DNA of 64,000 bases from Octopus sinensis (lineage: Eukaryota): the NCBI RefSeq assembly GCF_006345805.1, contig NC_043004.1, positions 14,012,001 to 14,076,000 of the forward strand, in the 5' to 3' direction. Positions 24,641 to 38,485 of this stretch are shown here, one piece after another. How positions within the stretch are numbered: position 1 is the first letter of the stretch; the number at the start of each line of letters is the position of its first letter. The notes below the pieces were generated by a model. That model was not told the DNA's origin, did not search any database, and saw only the letters and a program-made list of their open reading frames with translations. A program made the translations under genes and the position numbers.

Positions 24641-25226
24641 TAATAATAATAACCCTGCCCCCCAAATCGGAAGACACCGAAAGTATATAGTTGTTGCATG
24701 ACATCATCGCTATCAGTAAGTGACCAATCGAATATACCAGAGATTATATGAATCAACAGCATCGACTGGAACGTATGCTGCCTGTCGATCTGTACATCTT
24801 TATATCGGCTGTCAACAGGAATAAAGCCATGACAAGCGGTGATGTTAGTGAGGGAGTAAGGGCGGACAAAGATACGACAGCAACAAGACCATACATGTCT
24901 AAAAGCTATCCGTGAAGTCTCGATAACGATTGGACTGGCTTTCATAAATGCAAAAACAACAACAGAAGAATGAAATTGAAAAAAAATATAGAGAAGCAAA
25001 TATAAGCAAATAAACTATGCAAAGAGGTGTGGGTGTGTGTGTGTGTGTGTGCGCGCGCGTGCGGGGGAGATATATATGTGTGTGTGTGTTTGTGTGTGTG
25101 GGTGGTGTGTATATATATGTGTGTGTGTTTGTGTGTGTGGGTGTGTGTATATATGTGTGTGTGTTATATATATATGTGTTTTGTGTGTATATATATATAT
25201 ATGTGTGTATATATATTGTGTGTATA

Positions 25227-25259
<33 letters not shown>

Positions 25260-25298
25260 GTTTATATATATATATATATATATATATTTATGTATATA

Positions 25299-25344
<46 letters not shown>

Positions 25345-25408
25345 TATATATATATATGTGTTTTGTGTGTATATATATATATATGTGTGTATATATATTG
25401 TGTGTATA

Positions 25409-25441
<33 letters not shown>

Positions 25442-25458
25442 GTTTATGTATATATATA

Positions 25459-25507
<49 letters not shown>

Positions 25508-25529
25508 TATATATATATATATGTGTGTA

Positions 25530-25560
<31 letters not shown>

Positions 25561-26169
25561 TTATATATAAATGGATAAATTAATAAATGTAATCAAACGC
25601 AGGTGTTCTACATACATATGAGTAAAGTACATATCATATATATAGGTCTGTCTATCTATCTATCGATCGATTGATCTATCTATCTATATTTATTACTAGC
25701 CAAGAAAGCTGTATTAGGACAGCATAGCATTCTGTGTATCATACTCAACATAGGTATACTGTTGAAAGCCTTGAATCAACCGTCTTCGTCTCGAGAAAGC
25801 CTCTCATATACACGTAGATTGTTAAAAGAATGCATCGTAGCAGACAAAAAGTGTTGTACAACAATGATAGACAGAATTGTTAAATTCATTTTTCTGCTTT
25901 TTTGAACGTCCTTACGGGAGGCTTTCTCCATATGACTATCGTACTCTTTCAAGGCTTTGAAATCGGCTTTTTCAAGTTCCATTTGGACTGGAAGGTGACA
26001 GTATAAAACGAAGCTGAAATTTGAATGATATAGATATGACATGCCCCAAGAGAATGGTTTTTTACACTTAGAAAGTAGCAATAAACCAGGGAACAATAAG
26101 TAAGAGAATGAACTGTTTCTTAGGATACGGATAACGTCCTTTCCCGAGCCATAACGACTTATAGGACCG

Positions 26170-26420
26170 GTTTAGTGGAGGCGCGCAGCTTAGTGGTTAG
26201 GGTGTTGGACTCCTGATCGTAAGCTTGTGGTTTCGATTCCTGGACCGAGCAACGCGGTGTGTTCTTGAGCAAAACACTTTATATCACGATGCTTCAGTGT
26301 ACACAGTAGCAAAAATGAGTAATCATGGAATCGACCGGCGTCCTGTCCAGGTGGAGAATATATATGCGATGAATCAGGGAAACCGGCCCGTACAAGTCTA
26401 CGTGACTTGGGAAGGAACCT
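26170..26420 (+). mobile_element. SINE family C variant
   Basis: gtggaggcgcgcagcttagtggttagggtg..gtttcgattcctgg..ttcttgagcaaaacacttt. Confidence 0.7.
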
Positions 26421-26701
26421 TAACTTTTTACTTATAGGACCGATTTCCTAGATTCTGTTCCTTATATATTCTGTTCCACCCTGGACGGGACGCCGGTGTT
26501 TCGCAGAATTACTGATTTTTGCCAGCTGAGTTGTGTGGGAAAATTTGAAATGATGTGTTTTGCTCAAGAACACAACATACCACCCGATCCAGCAATTGAA
26601 ACCACAATCTTACAATGATGAATCCAATACTCTTACCATTTATTCAGGCGCCTCCATGACATGTTCTTAAATTTCGGTTAATTAAAACCTATTATATTTG
26701 A

Positions 26702-27008
26702 CTGTGAAGGCGCATGGCTCAGTGGTTAGAGCGTCGAGCTTACGATCGTGAGGTTGGGAATTCGAATCCCGGACCAGGCTGCGTGTTGTGTTCTTGAACA
26801 AGACACTTTATTTCACGCTGTGACGTAACAGGTGCCAAGCTGTACCGACTCCTTTGCCTTTCCCTTGAATAACACTGGTGGCGTGGAGAGGGGAGGCCGG
26901 TATGCATGGGTGACTGCTATCTTCCATAAGCAACCTTGTCCGGACTTGTGCCTGGGAGGGTAACTTTCTAGGTGCAATCCTATGGTCGGTCATGACCGAA
27001 GGGGGTCT
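26702..27008 (+). mobile_element. SINE family C
   Basis: A-box-like ggctcagtggttaga, B-box-like aattcgaatccc, central ttcttgaacaagacacttt. Confidence 0.8.
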
Positions 27009-27721
27009 CAGCATATTTGACTAGGGCTTGGGAACATCAGATTCCCCAGATTATGATATAACAAAATATATTTAGATATAAGACACCCTATACTATACAA
27101 TCTGAAAGCGCGTGACCAAGTGGTTTGGGTGTCCACTACGGATTTTAAGGTCGTGCTTTCACTCCCCAGACTGACGATGCAGTGTATTCTTCTCTAAAAC
27201 AATTTATTTCATGTTGCACCAGTTCAGTCAACTTTAAATGGGTGACACTTCGGCGGAATCGCATTCCGTACAGGAACCATATTTGCATGATCACCTAACC
27301 AGCGGAATGGCATCATTCGAAAGCTACAACAATGCGAGGAAACGCGTTGTGACGAGCGGTATAAGGATATCCGGCAGTTTATTCGAAACAGTGATAAAAT
27401 GACAAACAGTTAATCAAGCAAACAGTTTTATATATCTCAAGTTTGGATGTTGCCTCAAAATATTGAATGCCAGAGGGGAATATAAGATAATAGTCAACAA
27501 TGTTGTCTCTTGAATTTCCATCAAATGCACAAGAGAGCCTGCTTCATGTCCTGGCTGATAATGAAAGTAGCAAATGATTATATTCTTTGCGCCAAGTAAT
27601 TCTCATAAGAAATTGGCTTAGACATCGAACAGCTAAACAGACGTGACATTGACACTTTTGTCAAATGGGGGTCGACAGCAACAGACGAAAATCTGCACAC
27701 GGTTTATATACTTGCGAAATA

Positions 27722-27722
27722 G

Positions 27723-27807
<85 letters not shown>

Positions 27808-27838
27808 ACTATCTATCTATCTATCTATCTATCTATCT
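27722..27838. repeat. (TCTA)n microsatellite
   Basis: Direct inspection. Confidence 0.95.
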
Positions 27839-28168
27839 CTGACACTAGCTTACGCTTATTGTCTGATCTCCGTATGCAGTCTTAATATTCCTCGCACTTT
27901 CCGTGGCGTTGTTGCCTTTATTGTTCTCATAAAGCAAAATATATCGAATATGCTCCGTTGTCACTGCCATCGTAGCTTTGAAAAAGTAGCATGTTACATT
28001 CGAACAGCACTCTTCAAAACTTGCACTAAGAATAATTACAAGGTAAAATTAATACCTGCTTTTAAAGCAAGCAGATGCAGGTAATTTGTCCCGTCCCGCT
28101 GCGATTTGTAGTTCATGCAACTGAAAAAGCCGCATTATTTATGGGATAACACAGTGTATATATATATA

Positions 28169-28222
<54 letters not shown>

Positions 28223-28248
28223 AGGTTTGAAGATAATGTACAGGTATT

Positions 28249-29826
28249 ATATATTAGAAGAAATGAGGTAATCAGAAGATCGGATGGTTCATATTTATAG
28301 ATATTTATTTATATATTACATTTTTTACATATATATATCATATCATTCAGATCATATCATTCGGATTATTAGCGCTTTCTCCCATTCCAGTGGGGTTTTC
28401 AAATCAAATTAATTCCTTTGTGGGGAATTTGATCATTTTATAGCGTTTCGTAGTAGTGGGGAGGAACAAGACAGTATAAGAGGGTGAGGTGGATGAGGAA
28501 GAAGTGAGAGAGAGAACATGTGTGTATGTGTGTGTGTGTGTGTGCATGTGTGTGTGTTCCTCCCCACTACTACGAAACTCTATAAAATGATCAAATTCCC
28601 CACAAAGGAATTAATTTGATTTGAAAACCCCACTGGAATGGGAGAAAGCGCTAATAATCCGAATGATATTGTTACGGGGGGACCTCCGATTCGAACTGTT
28701 ACGGAATCCCTCACATACAGGCTCGTTCGATGCAGTGAATGTTTCCGTCACGGAAACTCGGCGGAGAGGAGAGATACAACAACAACAGCAGCAGCAAAGA
28801 GGCAATCGAGAGAGACACAAAGAGGCAAGGCACAACTGGCTTACATTTAACAACTAGTTTATATGACTATTACAATTGTTACAACATCAAATACATTTTA
28901 GATACATTTAAAAGAGGACATGCACGTGACAACTCAATACATCATACGGGTATACCACAGATCAAAGCATTTAAACATGCAGATACAATATAACCGTCCG
29001 GTAACAACACATCAAATTCAATAACAACAGCATTTCAAGAGTACACGTCCGAAGACACAGTTCTATTTCAAAACACATTAAAGGCATATACAGTTCGAAG
29101 GTCATTAAAGGCCTAACAGTTCAATGTTCATTATACAATGTTCAAATCACAATACTGTACACAATGTCCTTACACATTTCACATTGTTCTTTTCACTGTC
29201 TCATTTCTTTTCACTGTTCAATACATCGATTCTTTTTTCCTTCTTTTTCTTCACATATCAATACACAATTCACGTACCTTACATTAGCCAACGCCTCATA
29301 TTGCATCTCATCTCTCTCAGTACTGCTAGCTCCAACTTGCCAAACTCTTGCCCCGAATTCCCAACCGCTCGCCTTGACTTCCAAAAACCGACTGCCCAAA
29401 AACCTCTGCTCTCTCACCACCACCAATCTGTCTTAGCACTGCTAACATTCTCTCTATCTGCTCTCAGATCCCTTACTCTGTCTTTCTCACTACTTTCTTC
29501 TTCCTCTTCTTCACTGTCACTAGATTCTTCCTTACTCTATCTTCCTCGGCCCTCACATCTCTCTGACCCCTAATCGACCGGCACAAGGCCAAAGGTCCCT
29601 CCAAAAGCCATTAGTCTTCCGTAAAGAAAGGGCTGTAACTTTTTATTCCAGACTTCCAGACTACACTCTCAACAAAGTAGGTCAAGAAATACTGTACCAG
29701 CCGAACCACAACACTATGATCTGAATGATATGATATATATATGTAAAAAATGTAATATATAAATAAATATCTATTCTATAAATATGAACCATCCGATCTT
29801 CTGATTACCTCATTTCTTCTAATATA
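28249..29826. mobile_element. Foldback/MITE with TIRs of about 220 bp and an 86-bp spacer; right TIR interrupted by a solo LTR
   Basis: 28249-28468 is the near-perfect reverse complement of 28555-28669 joined to 29718-29826. Confidence 0.85.
28670..29713 (-). mobile_element. Solo LTR (1044 bp, TGT...ACA ends, 4-bp TSD ATAT/CTAT)
   Basis: Ends tgttacg...ccacaaca. Absent from the opposite TIR arm, which reads atccgaatgatat|gatctgaatg. No ORF. A 4-bp TSD is consistent with Ty3/Gypsy. Confidence 0.8.
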
Positions 29827-30477
29827 CATATATATATATGTATGTATATATGTGTGTGTATGTGTGTGTATATATAATAATAAAAATAACAACAACAACA
29901 ACAACAATAATAATAATAATATGAGGGAATATTATATCAAACTTACAGGGAAAAATTCAATTTATGTTTTATATAATATTTAATCTTTCTATAAGATGTT
30001 ATTTTTCTAAATGGTATAATTTAATTTTTCATTATTGAATTGATAAAAGGTGTTTTTTTCTACTATATATATATATATGATAGAAGGTTTCTTGCCTGGG
30101 TGTACAAATAAGGCTTAATTGTGGCTGTGGAAAAATAATGTTCGCGATAAAATGAGAGAACACGTCACCAATCATATCAAATGTACCATCTACATCTACA
30201 ATGTTGATACAAATTTCGCGTAAGGATGTCGCTTACTAACCCCCACAAAATATACTTGGAGATGAAATAACATTGTTCAGGCGCTCTGCATACTTTTATC
30301 CACGAAAAATCAGCTATGAACCATAATAGAGAACTACAATGCATAAATACTACAAAACTATAAGAAAACCGATAAACCACTAGACTGTTGATAATGAAGC
30401 TGTTCCCATTCTCGATGGGAATTATGACACGAGCATACGAACTATTTATATAACGATACAAGTCAATACTAAAATAT

Positions 30478-30875
30478 TCTTTTCTACTCTTGGCACGAAG
30501 CATGAAATTTTTAGGGAAGGGCCAGTCGATTAGATTGACACCAGTATGCAACTGGTACTTAGTTTATCGACCCCGAAAGGGTGAAAGGCAAAGTTGACCT
30601 CGGCGAAAGTTGAACTCAGAACGTAAAGACAGACGAAATACTTATTTCTTTACTACCCACAAGGGACTAAACACAGAGGGGACAAACAAGGACAGACAAA
30701 GGGATTAAGTCGATTACATCGACCCCAGTGCGTAACTGGCACATAATTTATCGACCCCGAAAGGATGAAAGGCAAAGTCGACCTCGGCGGAATTTGAACT
30801 CAGAACATAAAGACAGACGAAATACCGGTATGCATTCCGCCCGGCGTGCTAACGATTCTGCCAAATCGCCGCCTT
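30478..30875 (-). mobile_element. Two nested/abutting SINE family B copies
   Basis: tttatcgaccccgaaagg.tgaaaggcaaagt.gacctcggcg..ttgaactcagaac occurs twice. Confidence 0.85.
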
Positions 30876-31324
30876 GGTATAAGCTAAATTATTCTTTTTT
30901 ACTCTTTTATGCATTTCATTCCCAATTCCTCCAAGAAAGGCAAATCTAGGTGCATTTCTCTAAATATGAATACTAATATATGTTAGTAATTTAGGCACAA
31001 CGCCATCTATTTTAATGGCAGAAAAAAAGTTAGTTGATTACATTTGATCCCCATCAAAGTTGAGCTGGACGGGAGGTGACCGCTGAACGTATGATCCTGG
31101 ACGAAAAAGATACAGAGCATTTTGTGCAGCGCTTATAATTATAACCAATAACATTATTCTGCTTATCAAGATGTATGTTCAAATGGTATGCTGTCCTAAG
31201 AGTCTGTTTGTGTGTGTGCATGTATGTGTGTGTGGGAGGATTGTAAAACCTCATCATTGTTTCAGTTTCTGTAGAGTTGATATACTGCATGGTCTCAACT
31301 TTTAGTATCGCTATATGTAAAAAA

Positions 31325-31580
31325 AGGTGGAGGCGCGTGGCTTAGTTGTTAGGGTGTCAGCATCATGATCGTAAGATTGTGGTTTCGATTCCTGGAACGG
31401 GCGACGCGTTGTCTTCTTGAGCAAAACACTTCATTTCACGTTGGTCCAGTCCACTCAGCTGGCAAAAATGAGTAACGCTGCGATGGACTGGCATCACGTC
31501 CAGCTGGGGAACGCATACGCCATTGAAACCGGTAAACCGGGTCCATGAGCCTGGCTAGCCTTTAAAAGGGCGCATTTATT
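31325..31580 (+). mobile_element. SINE family C variant
   Basis: Same head and core as 26170-26420. Confidence 0.75.
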
Positions 31581-33102
31581 TTATTTTTTATATGTAAAAA
31601 TAGGTGACGGGCTCGTACCGGACTAACTGCGTAGCGGCACTTCGGTTTTTCAACGACCTGAGTTTAAAATACGCTATGGCCAACTTTACTCTTCATCGTT
31701 TCAAAGTTGTCAAGATAAGAACCATTTGAACACTGAACACTGTGATCGATGTAATCGACATCCCCTCACCTCGAAATTCCGATCCTTGTGCCAAAATTAG
31801 AAAGAACAACGGAAAGTATGTAATGGTTTCATCTAATAAATATTTAGTTATTTTGAATTCAACGTACTCAACGGACCTTTAACATATTCAAAATTCAGTC
31901 GTGTTTCATTGATGCTATATCAGAATATTTGACAATCTCAAGATATTAGGCAAACAGATGTGATGTACCTATGGGTCCCTATTGCAAAGGAACAAGGAAA
32001 TTTAAATTTAGAATCCCATCACGGAATAATGATTACGAAAACGTTAAACTACTTAACATATTGGATACTACCCAGGGAGACAACAGCGTCTTGGGCTTAA
32101 TTTTCAATTCCAAATCCTAAATTTACTACTGAAGTTTACTGTTGATAAGCTCCCAGTCTTCGTTAGAAATAAACGGTTTGCTTTGATTTGAACTGAGTTT
32201 GATTCCTCACTTTGTGAAGGTATCTTTCGACTTATCTGCATACACTTCTATACGTGTATATATAGGCAGATAAAACATCGTAGAAAACATTGTGCTAATA
32301 TTTGTAATGTTAATTTGCTTGTCCTGATGTAGTGTGTTCGGATGAGCCAGATTAAACAACTTAATAATGGAATGATAGCGAAAATCTTATTGAAACCTTT
32401 AACATAGTTAAATATGTTCGAGTGTTAGGACTTACTCCACATTAACTAGGGAATGCAATTGAAGCCATTATCGAAATACTAAAAATAATGAAACAAACGA
32501 TATGAATATCTGTGTCTGTATGTCTGTCTGTATATTATTCATGGTGTAGCTTTAGGACCGACAGTCACCATGATTTGCTTACTTTTCTTCCTCTGCATCC
32601 TTCAGCCATGGATTGTGAGAGGTCTGTACGTATCTCATGTATAAATTACTCCGTAGGCTTTCTTTCTTTCAGAAGAATCTTCTATATTCAGAGTCGTTTC
32701 GTTTGAAAGAAATTTTGCGATGGTTCGAACCTTCACATTTATAATTATGCTCGGCGCCGGAGCACGATCACAAATGTTAAATATGATGTGGTGTGTGTGT
32801 GTTCATTTTTTTTCTTTGTTTACTGTAATTTTGGAGATGGGTGCGGAACTGAGAAGTCAGTTATTTGAGTAGGCGTTGACAGTAAAAAAAACAGGAGAAT
32901 ATTTATATAAAAAAACGTTATCATATGATTTTCTTTGCTCCTATGGTCCGTCAGTTTTCTCCGTGCGTTACGCCAAGAGAAGTAATAACTCGAATGGAGA
33001 TAGGTATACAGACAGCGCAGAGGAGAAGGGAAAACAAAGAAAGAAACTGAGAATGTGGAATCAGTGAAAAGATAGAGAGGAAACACATAAGACAAAAGAG
33101 AA

Positions 33103-33143
<41 letters not shown>

Positions 33144-33467
33144 AGGGAAGGAAGAAAATAAAAGAAGGAGGAAGTGAGGGAGATATATATTATTCTGCAC
33201 TTCTGCAAATTATAATCACAGGCACATTCGAAATGTTTAACACAATAAAACAGATCTATTACTTTGTGCATTAATAAATAAATAATCATATATATATATA
33301 TATATAATAATATATATATATAATATATATATATATATATAATATAGTATAATATTTATATATATGCATGCATATATATAATATAAAACAATATATATAT
33401 ACATATATATACATGCATATAGATATATATAATATAATATATATACGCATATGTATATATACATATT

Positions 33468-33522
<55 letters not shown>

Positions 33523-34284
33523 ATGTAATATATATATATATACCTCACTTTCTGTCTTTCTCTTTCTCGCCTCTGATACTTTGGTCTCCCTCTTACCCCA
33601 CTCTCTCACGTTTCTCTGTCTTTCTCGCTTTGCGCCATTGCTTCTGTTGCCAAACCATCTTTGGCGCGCTCTGTCTCTTCCCCCTCTTCCTTCCATCCTC
33701 TTTAATTCCTTCTTTCTCTCTCTCTCCCTACTCTCACGTGACCTGGTCAATCCTTGGCGCGCTCTGTTTCTTCCACCCTCTTTAATTCCTTCTCTCTCTT
33801 TCTCTCTCTCTCTCTCTCTACCCTCATGTGAGCTGCTGAATAACCAGCCATTCCGCTGGTGACCGCTGCCGGTTCAACATTGTCTTCGTCCGCCGAAAAG
33901 GCATTTTTTCAAAACACGCCTGCTAGATAAGTTAAATTTGTCTAAAGTCATAAGACACCTGCTGTTGTCTTGTTATTACCATTCTTGTTTTTATTTTTGT
34001 TTTTGTTTTAGTATTTATATTCGTGTGGCATCGTCCGTTTTTCTGTCCTTGTTTCGTTCACATACGATCCTTTTTCGAAGAAATCTAATGCTTGCAGCTT
34101 AGTTTTTCATTGGGGCTGGCCGTTTCGGAGCAATATCAGGATTAATCAGCCGAAATTTGCTATGATGATCCGGTTCCTGACTGAAGATTGAAGGCTTCAA
34201 TGAACCCGTCCGTTTTTTGTGTTCGTCTCTTTGTGTATTTCACGTTCTTGTCCCTTTTTTATACATAATTTTTATACGTATATT

Positions 34285-34343
<59 letters not shown>

Positions 34344-34510
34344 GCATATATGGGTGCAGGATGCCATCAACAAGAAACTATATGAAATGCGAAAACAAAT
34401 GAGTTCAATACGCAAAACAAAGAAAGGAACAAATGGAAAATAGGACAGTAACACAAAGAACGAAACTTCATCAGTTGTCGGCCTCTATCTAGTCATTTCG
34501 AGCATTGAAC

Positions 34511-34566
<56 letters not shown>

Positions 34567-34906
34567 TATATATATACATATATATGATAATAATGATAAC
34601 ATTAGGAGTATAACTCCAAACTTACAGGGAAAAAAATCAATTTAGTATTAAATCAAATTTCCCAAAATGAATATATATATATATATTTAAAATTTAGTTA
34701 ACAGAATTTCTTCTATAAGAAGAGTCATGTTTTTATTTCTTAAAGAAGTATTTTTATTTCCTTAAGAAATATTGTTGTATTCTGTTTGATTATTTATTAA
34801 AATTTGATTAATTTAACTATTATTATTATTGTTGTTGAACTGAGGAGTAACTATACTTTTAACTTGAATTGTTTTTGGATCAATTAAATTTAAATTAAAT
34901 TGTAAT

Positions 34907-34943
34907 TACAATTGAAGATATAGCCACGAAACGTACGTAGTCT
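34907..34943 (+). ncRNA. Degenerate hammerhead-like motif
   Basis: (U)UGAAGA-uauagccac-GAA-ACGUACGU-A. The 8-nt palindromic stem III and GUA triplet are present, but C3 is mutated and stems I and II pair poorly. Confidence 0.3.
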
Positions 34944-35067
34944 ATTTTTTAACTATATACTGTTTATTATTATGTACTTTATTGCGATCTAGCTAATAGT
35001 TTTATCATATATTTTATTTTTCTATATGGTATAATTACGTCTATCATTGTTTGAACTACATATATTG

Positions 35068-35126
<59 letters not shown>

Positions 35127-35200
35127 ATATATATATATATATACATGTATATATATACATATATATATATATACATATATATATATTATATATATATATG

Positions 35201-35247
<47 letters not shown>

Positions 35248-35329
35248 TATATATATATATATAATATATATATATATAGAGATATATATTATATCTATAC
35301 ATATATATACATATATATATATATACATA

Positions 35330-35381
<52 letters not shown>

Positions 35382-35555
35382 TCGACTGAGGAAAGAAAAC
35401 TCCGAATGACCCGTCCTTTTTTTTCTTTGTATTGTCTGTCTGGATGTTTTGTTGTCCCTTTTTTTCACCTAACCGTCTGGATGTTTTCGCGTTCTTGTCC
35501 CATTTTGTATTTTTTACATATAAAAATATAGCGGTGTACGTACGCTATCCTTTGG

Positions 35556-35596
<41 letters not shown>

Positions 35597-35820
35597 GAAT
35601 TAAAGTGAAATAGCCTTAGTTCACAATTAATTGTGGATGTTACACCTTTATATTTTAGGTGTTCTATACCAAAGACTGATCATCCTGGGGCACTGCCATA
35701 ATTCATCTTTTCCTTTTGTTTTCAGGTTTAAATTATTATGAGAGTAAGCAGATATGTACATCAGCATAAACAAGACAGACAAACAAACAAACAGAGAGAT
35801 AGGTAAATAGATAGATAGAT

Positions 35821-35900
<80 letters not shown>

Positions 35901-36100
35901 GCAGACAGATATATAGTTAGATAAATAGATTGATAGATAGATAGACAGAAAGAAGAATAGTTTCATGGATAGAAAGGTGGATAGATAGATATTCCATTCA
36001 GTTCACATAGCTTGTCAAATATTTTGTGTTTACATTTAATAACTCAGAAATATTAAATTTCTAAATCTCTCGTAGAGACATGTACGGTGGTGGGGCGATA

Positions 36101-36238
36101 GAATGGTTGTATACTGTCAATCTAACACGAACGTGACAGTAGCGGGGGAGTACACCACCGCTGTTTAGTAGGGCTAAACAGCCGTGACGTACCCCCCTAC
36201 TGTCACGTTCGTGTTAGACTGACAGTATACAACCATTC
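36101..36238. other. 138-nt near-perfect hairpin
   Basis: 42-bp outer stem with 1 mismatch, a G/C-rich continuation, an inner 9-bp stem gctgtttag/ctaaacagc and a 5-nt loop. Confidence 0.9.
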
Positions 36239-37584
36239 CATTTAATAACTGTTTCATATATATCTAATTTAGTTCATATTTTAAATTTAAATGTATACAT
36301 GTATACATTACATACAGTTTGTCTAGTCCATCTCATAATATAGAATGTAGAATGTTTGTAACCAATTCAGTGAGTAAGCTCATGTTTTACCTATGTACAT
36401 ATAATCATATGAAATATAGTTTAAGATGTAATAATGTAAATAAACAGTTAATCAATATATATGAATACGTTTTATCTTTTTAATTCATCTTTAATTTCCT
36501 CACAATATAAAGCACATCATATCTGTCAAACATTTTAAACGAAGTTAAATAAATAATTCATTCAAAGTACATTTCAATTTTATTTTAAAATACCGTTTTG
36601 ATTAAATGGTTGGATTTCAAAAGAATGCTTTGAACTATTTGTTTGTAGTTAACGTAAAAGTGTGGGGTAAAGTGAGTAATTACTGTTTTCTCATTACTTT
36701 TTACTGTTGTTTAAAACCATTAATTTGCGAGTATTGCGTCGTCATTTTGTACTGCATTGCATCATCATCAACAGGAATAAAAATTGTTCAGCATACATGG
36801 TGTTGATGAGAAAACTTGAACTTAATGAAGTCTGGCCGAGTACGCACACACACGCATATATAAAATTAATGGTGGCCTGGTTGATCAGTGTACCATACGT
36901 CGCTATTTAGGTATCCACAAAATTTGTCTTTTGTATGCTAGAAGAGAAAGGAGGTAATTTTATAAAATAATCTTCTGAATATGTTATATCGTTTATAAAG
37001 CATATAGAAAAGGGCATTTACTTAGCTGATATAGATTTTGTAAGGTAGTGAACATTTGTAAAAAATACATTTTTAATCAAAGTCAAAGACGAAGTAAATA
37101 TTACTTAATGCGTCCTCCACCCAATTAACATAACGTTTTCAAATATGCTGACTTACACCGTGGAATCTCCTTGGGTTCCGCTAGTTTATATAATCTTCGT
37201 AAGGATAGATACGACGTTCGTGGTTGAGATCCATAAGTAATATCCAAAAACAGAAATCAAAAAGCCACAGTAAAGCAAGACCTGAGTGTTTAAGAAGATA
37301 TTACAAATAAAAGTTTCCAAGTGCAAACCAAATTTGCTTGCTGCATCATCCGAACACCGCAGCCTCCGATGACAAAAGCTTTGCTAAACAAATTGAATGA
37401 AAGATTTAACTTAAACAAGTTAAGTCCAAAACTTCATCAGACTATTATATTGGTCTAAATACCTCAAGCTATTACAAGAACAACGTAAAAATATAATAGT
37501 CATAAGTGTTCGAGAGACACAGAAAATTACAATGAAGCTTTTAAAATGAAGATTACTAAAGGTAAGATGGTGGATGGATGTGTA

Positions 37585-37649
<65 letters not shown>

Positions 37650-37653
<4 letters not shown>

Positions 37654-38438
37654 CATATATATATATGTATATATCTATATATATATACACATATATATAT
37701 ACATACATATATGTGTGGTGTGTGTGTGTGTGTTATGTGTGCGTGTGTGTGGTGTTTGTCTATATATATATGTATATCAATCAATCTATCTATCTATATA
37801 AAAATACAAAAAAGGGACAACAAAACATCCAGACAGACGATACAAAGAAAATAAAGACGGAGCATTCGGAGTTTTCTATCCTCAGTCAAGATGCTTATTT
37901 TGACCGATCTCGAAAGGACAAAAGTTTAATTTGAACTCAGAACGTAAAGACGAAGAAATGCTGCGCAGCATTTTGCTCTGCACACTGACGTTTCTGCCAG
38001 CTCGTCGTCTAATATTTGACAAATATCGTTTCTACTCTAGGCAAAAGGCCCGAAATTTCGAGGGACGGGGGGCCAGTCGATTAGCTCAACCACATGATGC
38101 AACTGGTACTTAATTTATCTACTCCAAAAGGATGAAAGGCAAAGTCGACCTCACCGGAATTTGAACTCAGAAAGCAAAGATGGACAAAATACCGCTAAGC
38201 ATTTCACCCTGCGTGCCAGTTCAAATTTGTCACAAATTCTCTTATTCTTTTATTCGTTTCAGTCATTTTGACTGTAGCCATGCTGGAGCACCGCGTTTAG
38301 TTGAGCAAATCGAACCAGAACTTATTCTTTGTAAGCCTAGTATTTATTCTATCGGTCTCTTATGCAGAACCGCTAGGTTACGGGGACGTAAACACACCAG
38401 CATCGCTGTCAAGCGATGTGGGACACACCACACACACA

Positions 38439-38485
<47 letters not shown>

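Noticed and set aside
25160-25450. Duplicated unit of about 180 bp within a compound microsatellite
   Set aside because: Ordinary slippage/unequal exchange or an assembly artefact in low-complexity DNA.
30177-30551. 124-aa minus ORF
   Set aside because: Starts inside a SINE, has no recognisable motif and no splice support.
32568-32800. Signal-peptide-like MICLLFFLCILQPWIVRG and nearby acceptor-like sites
   Set aside because: Several mutually exclusive short readings, none extendable; expected by chance in pyrimidine-rich DNA.
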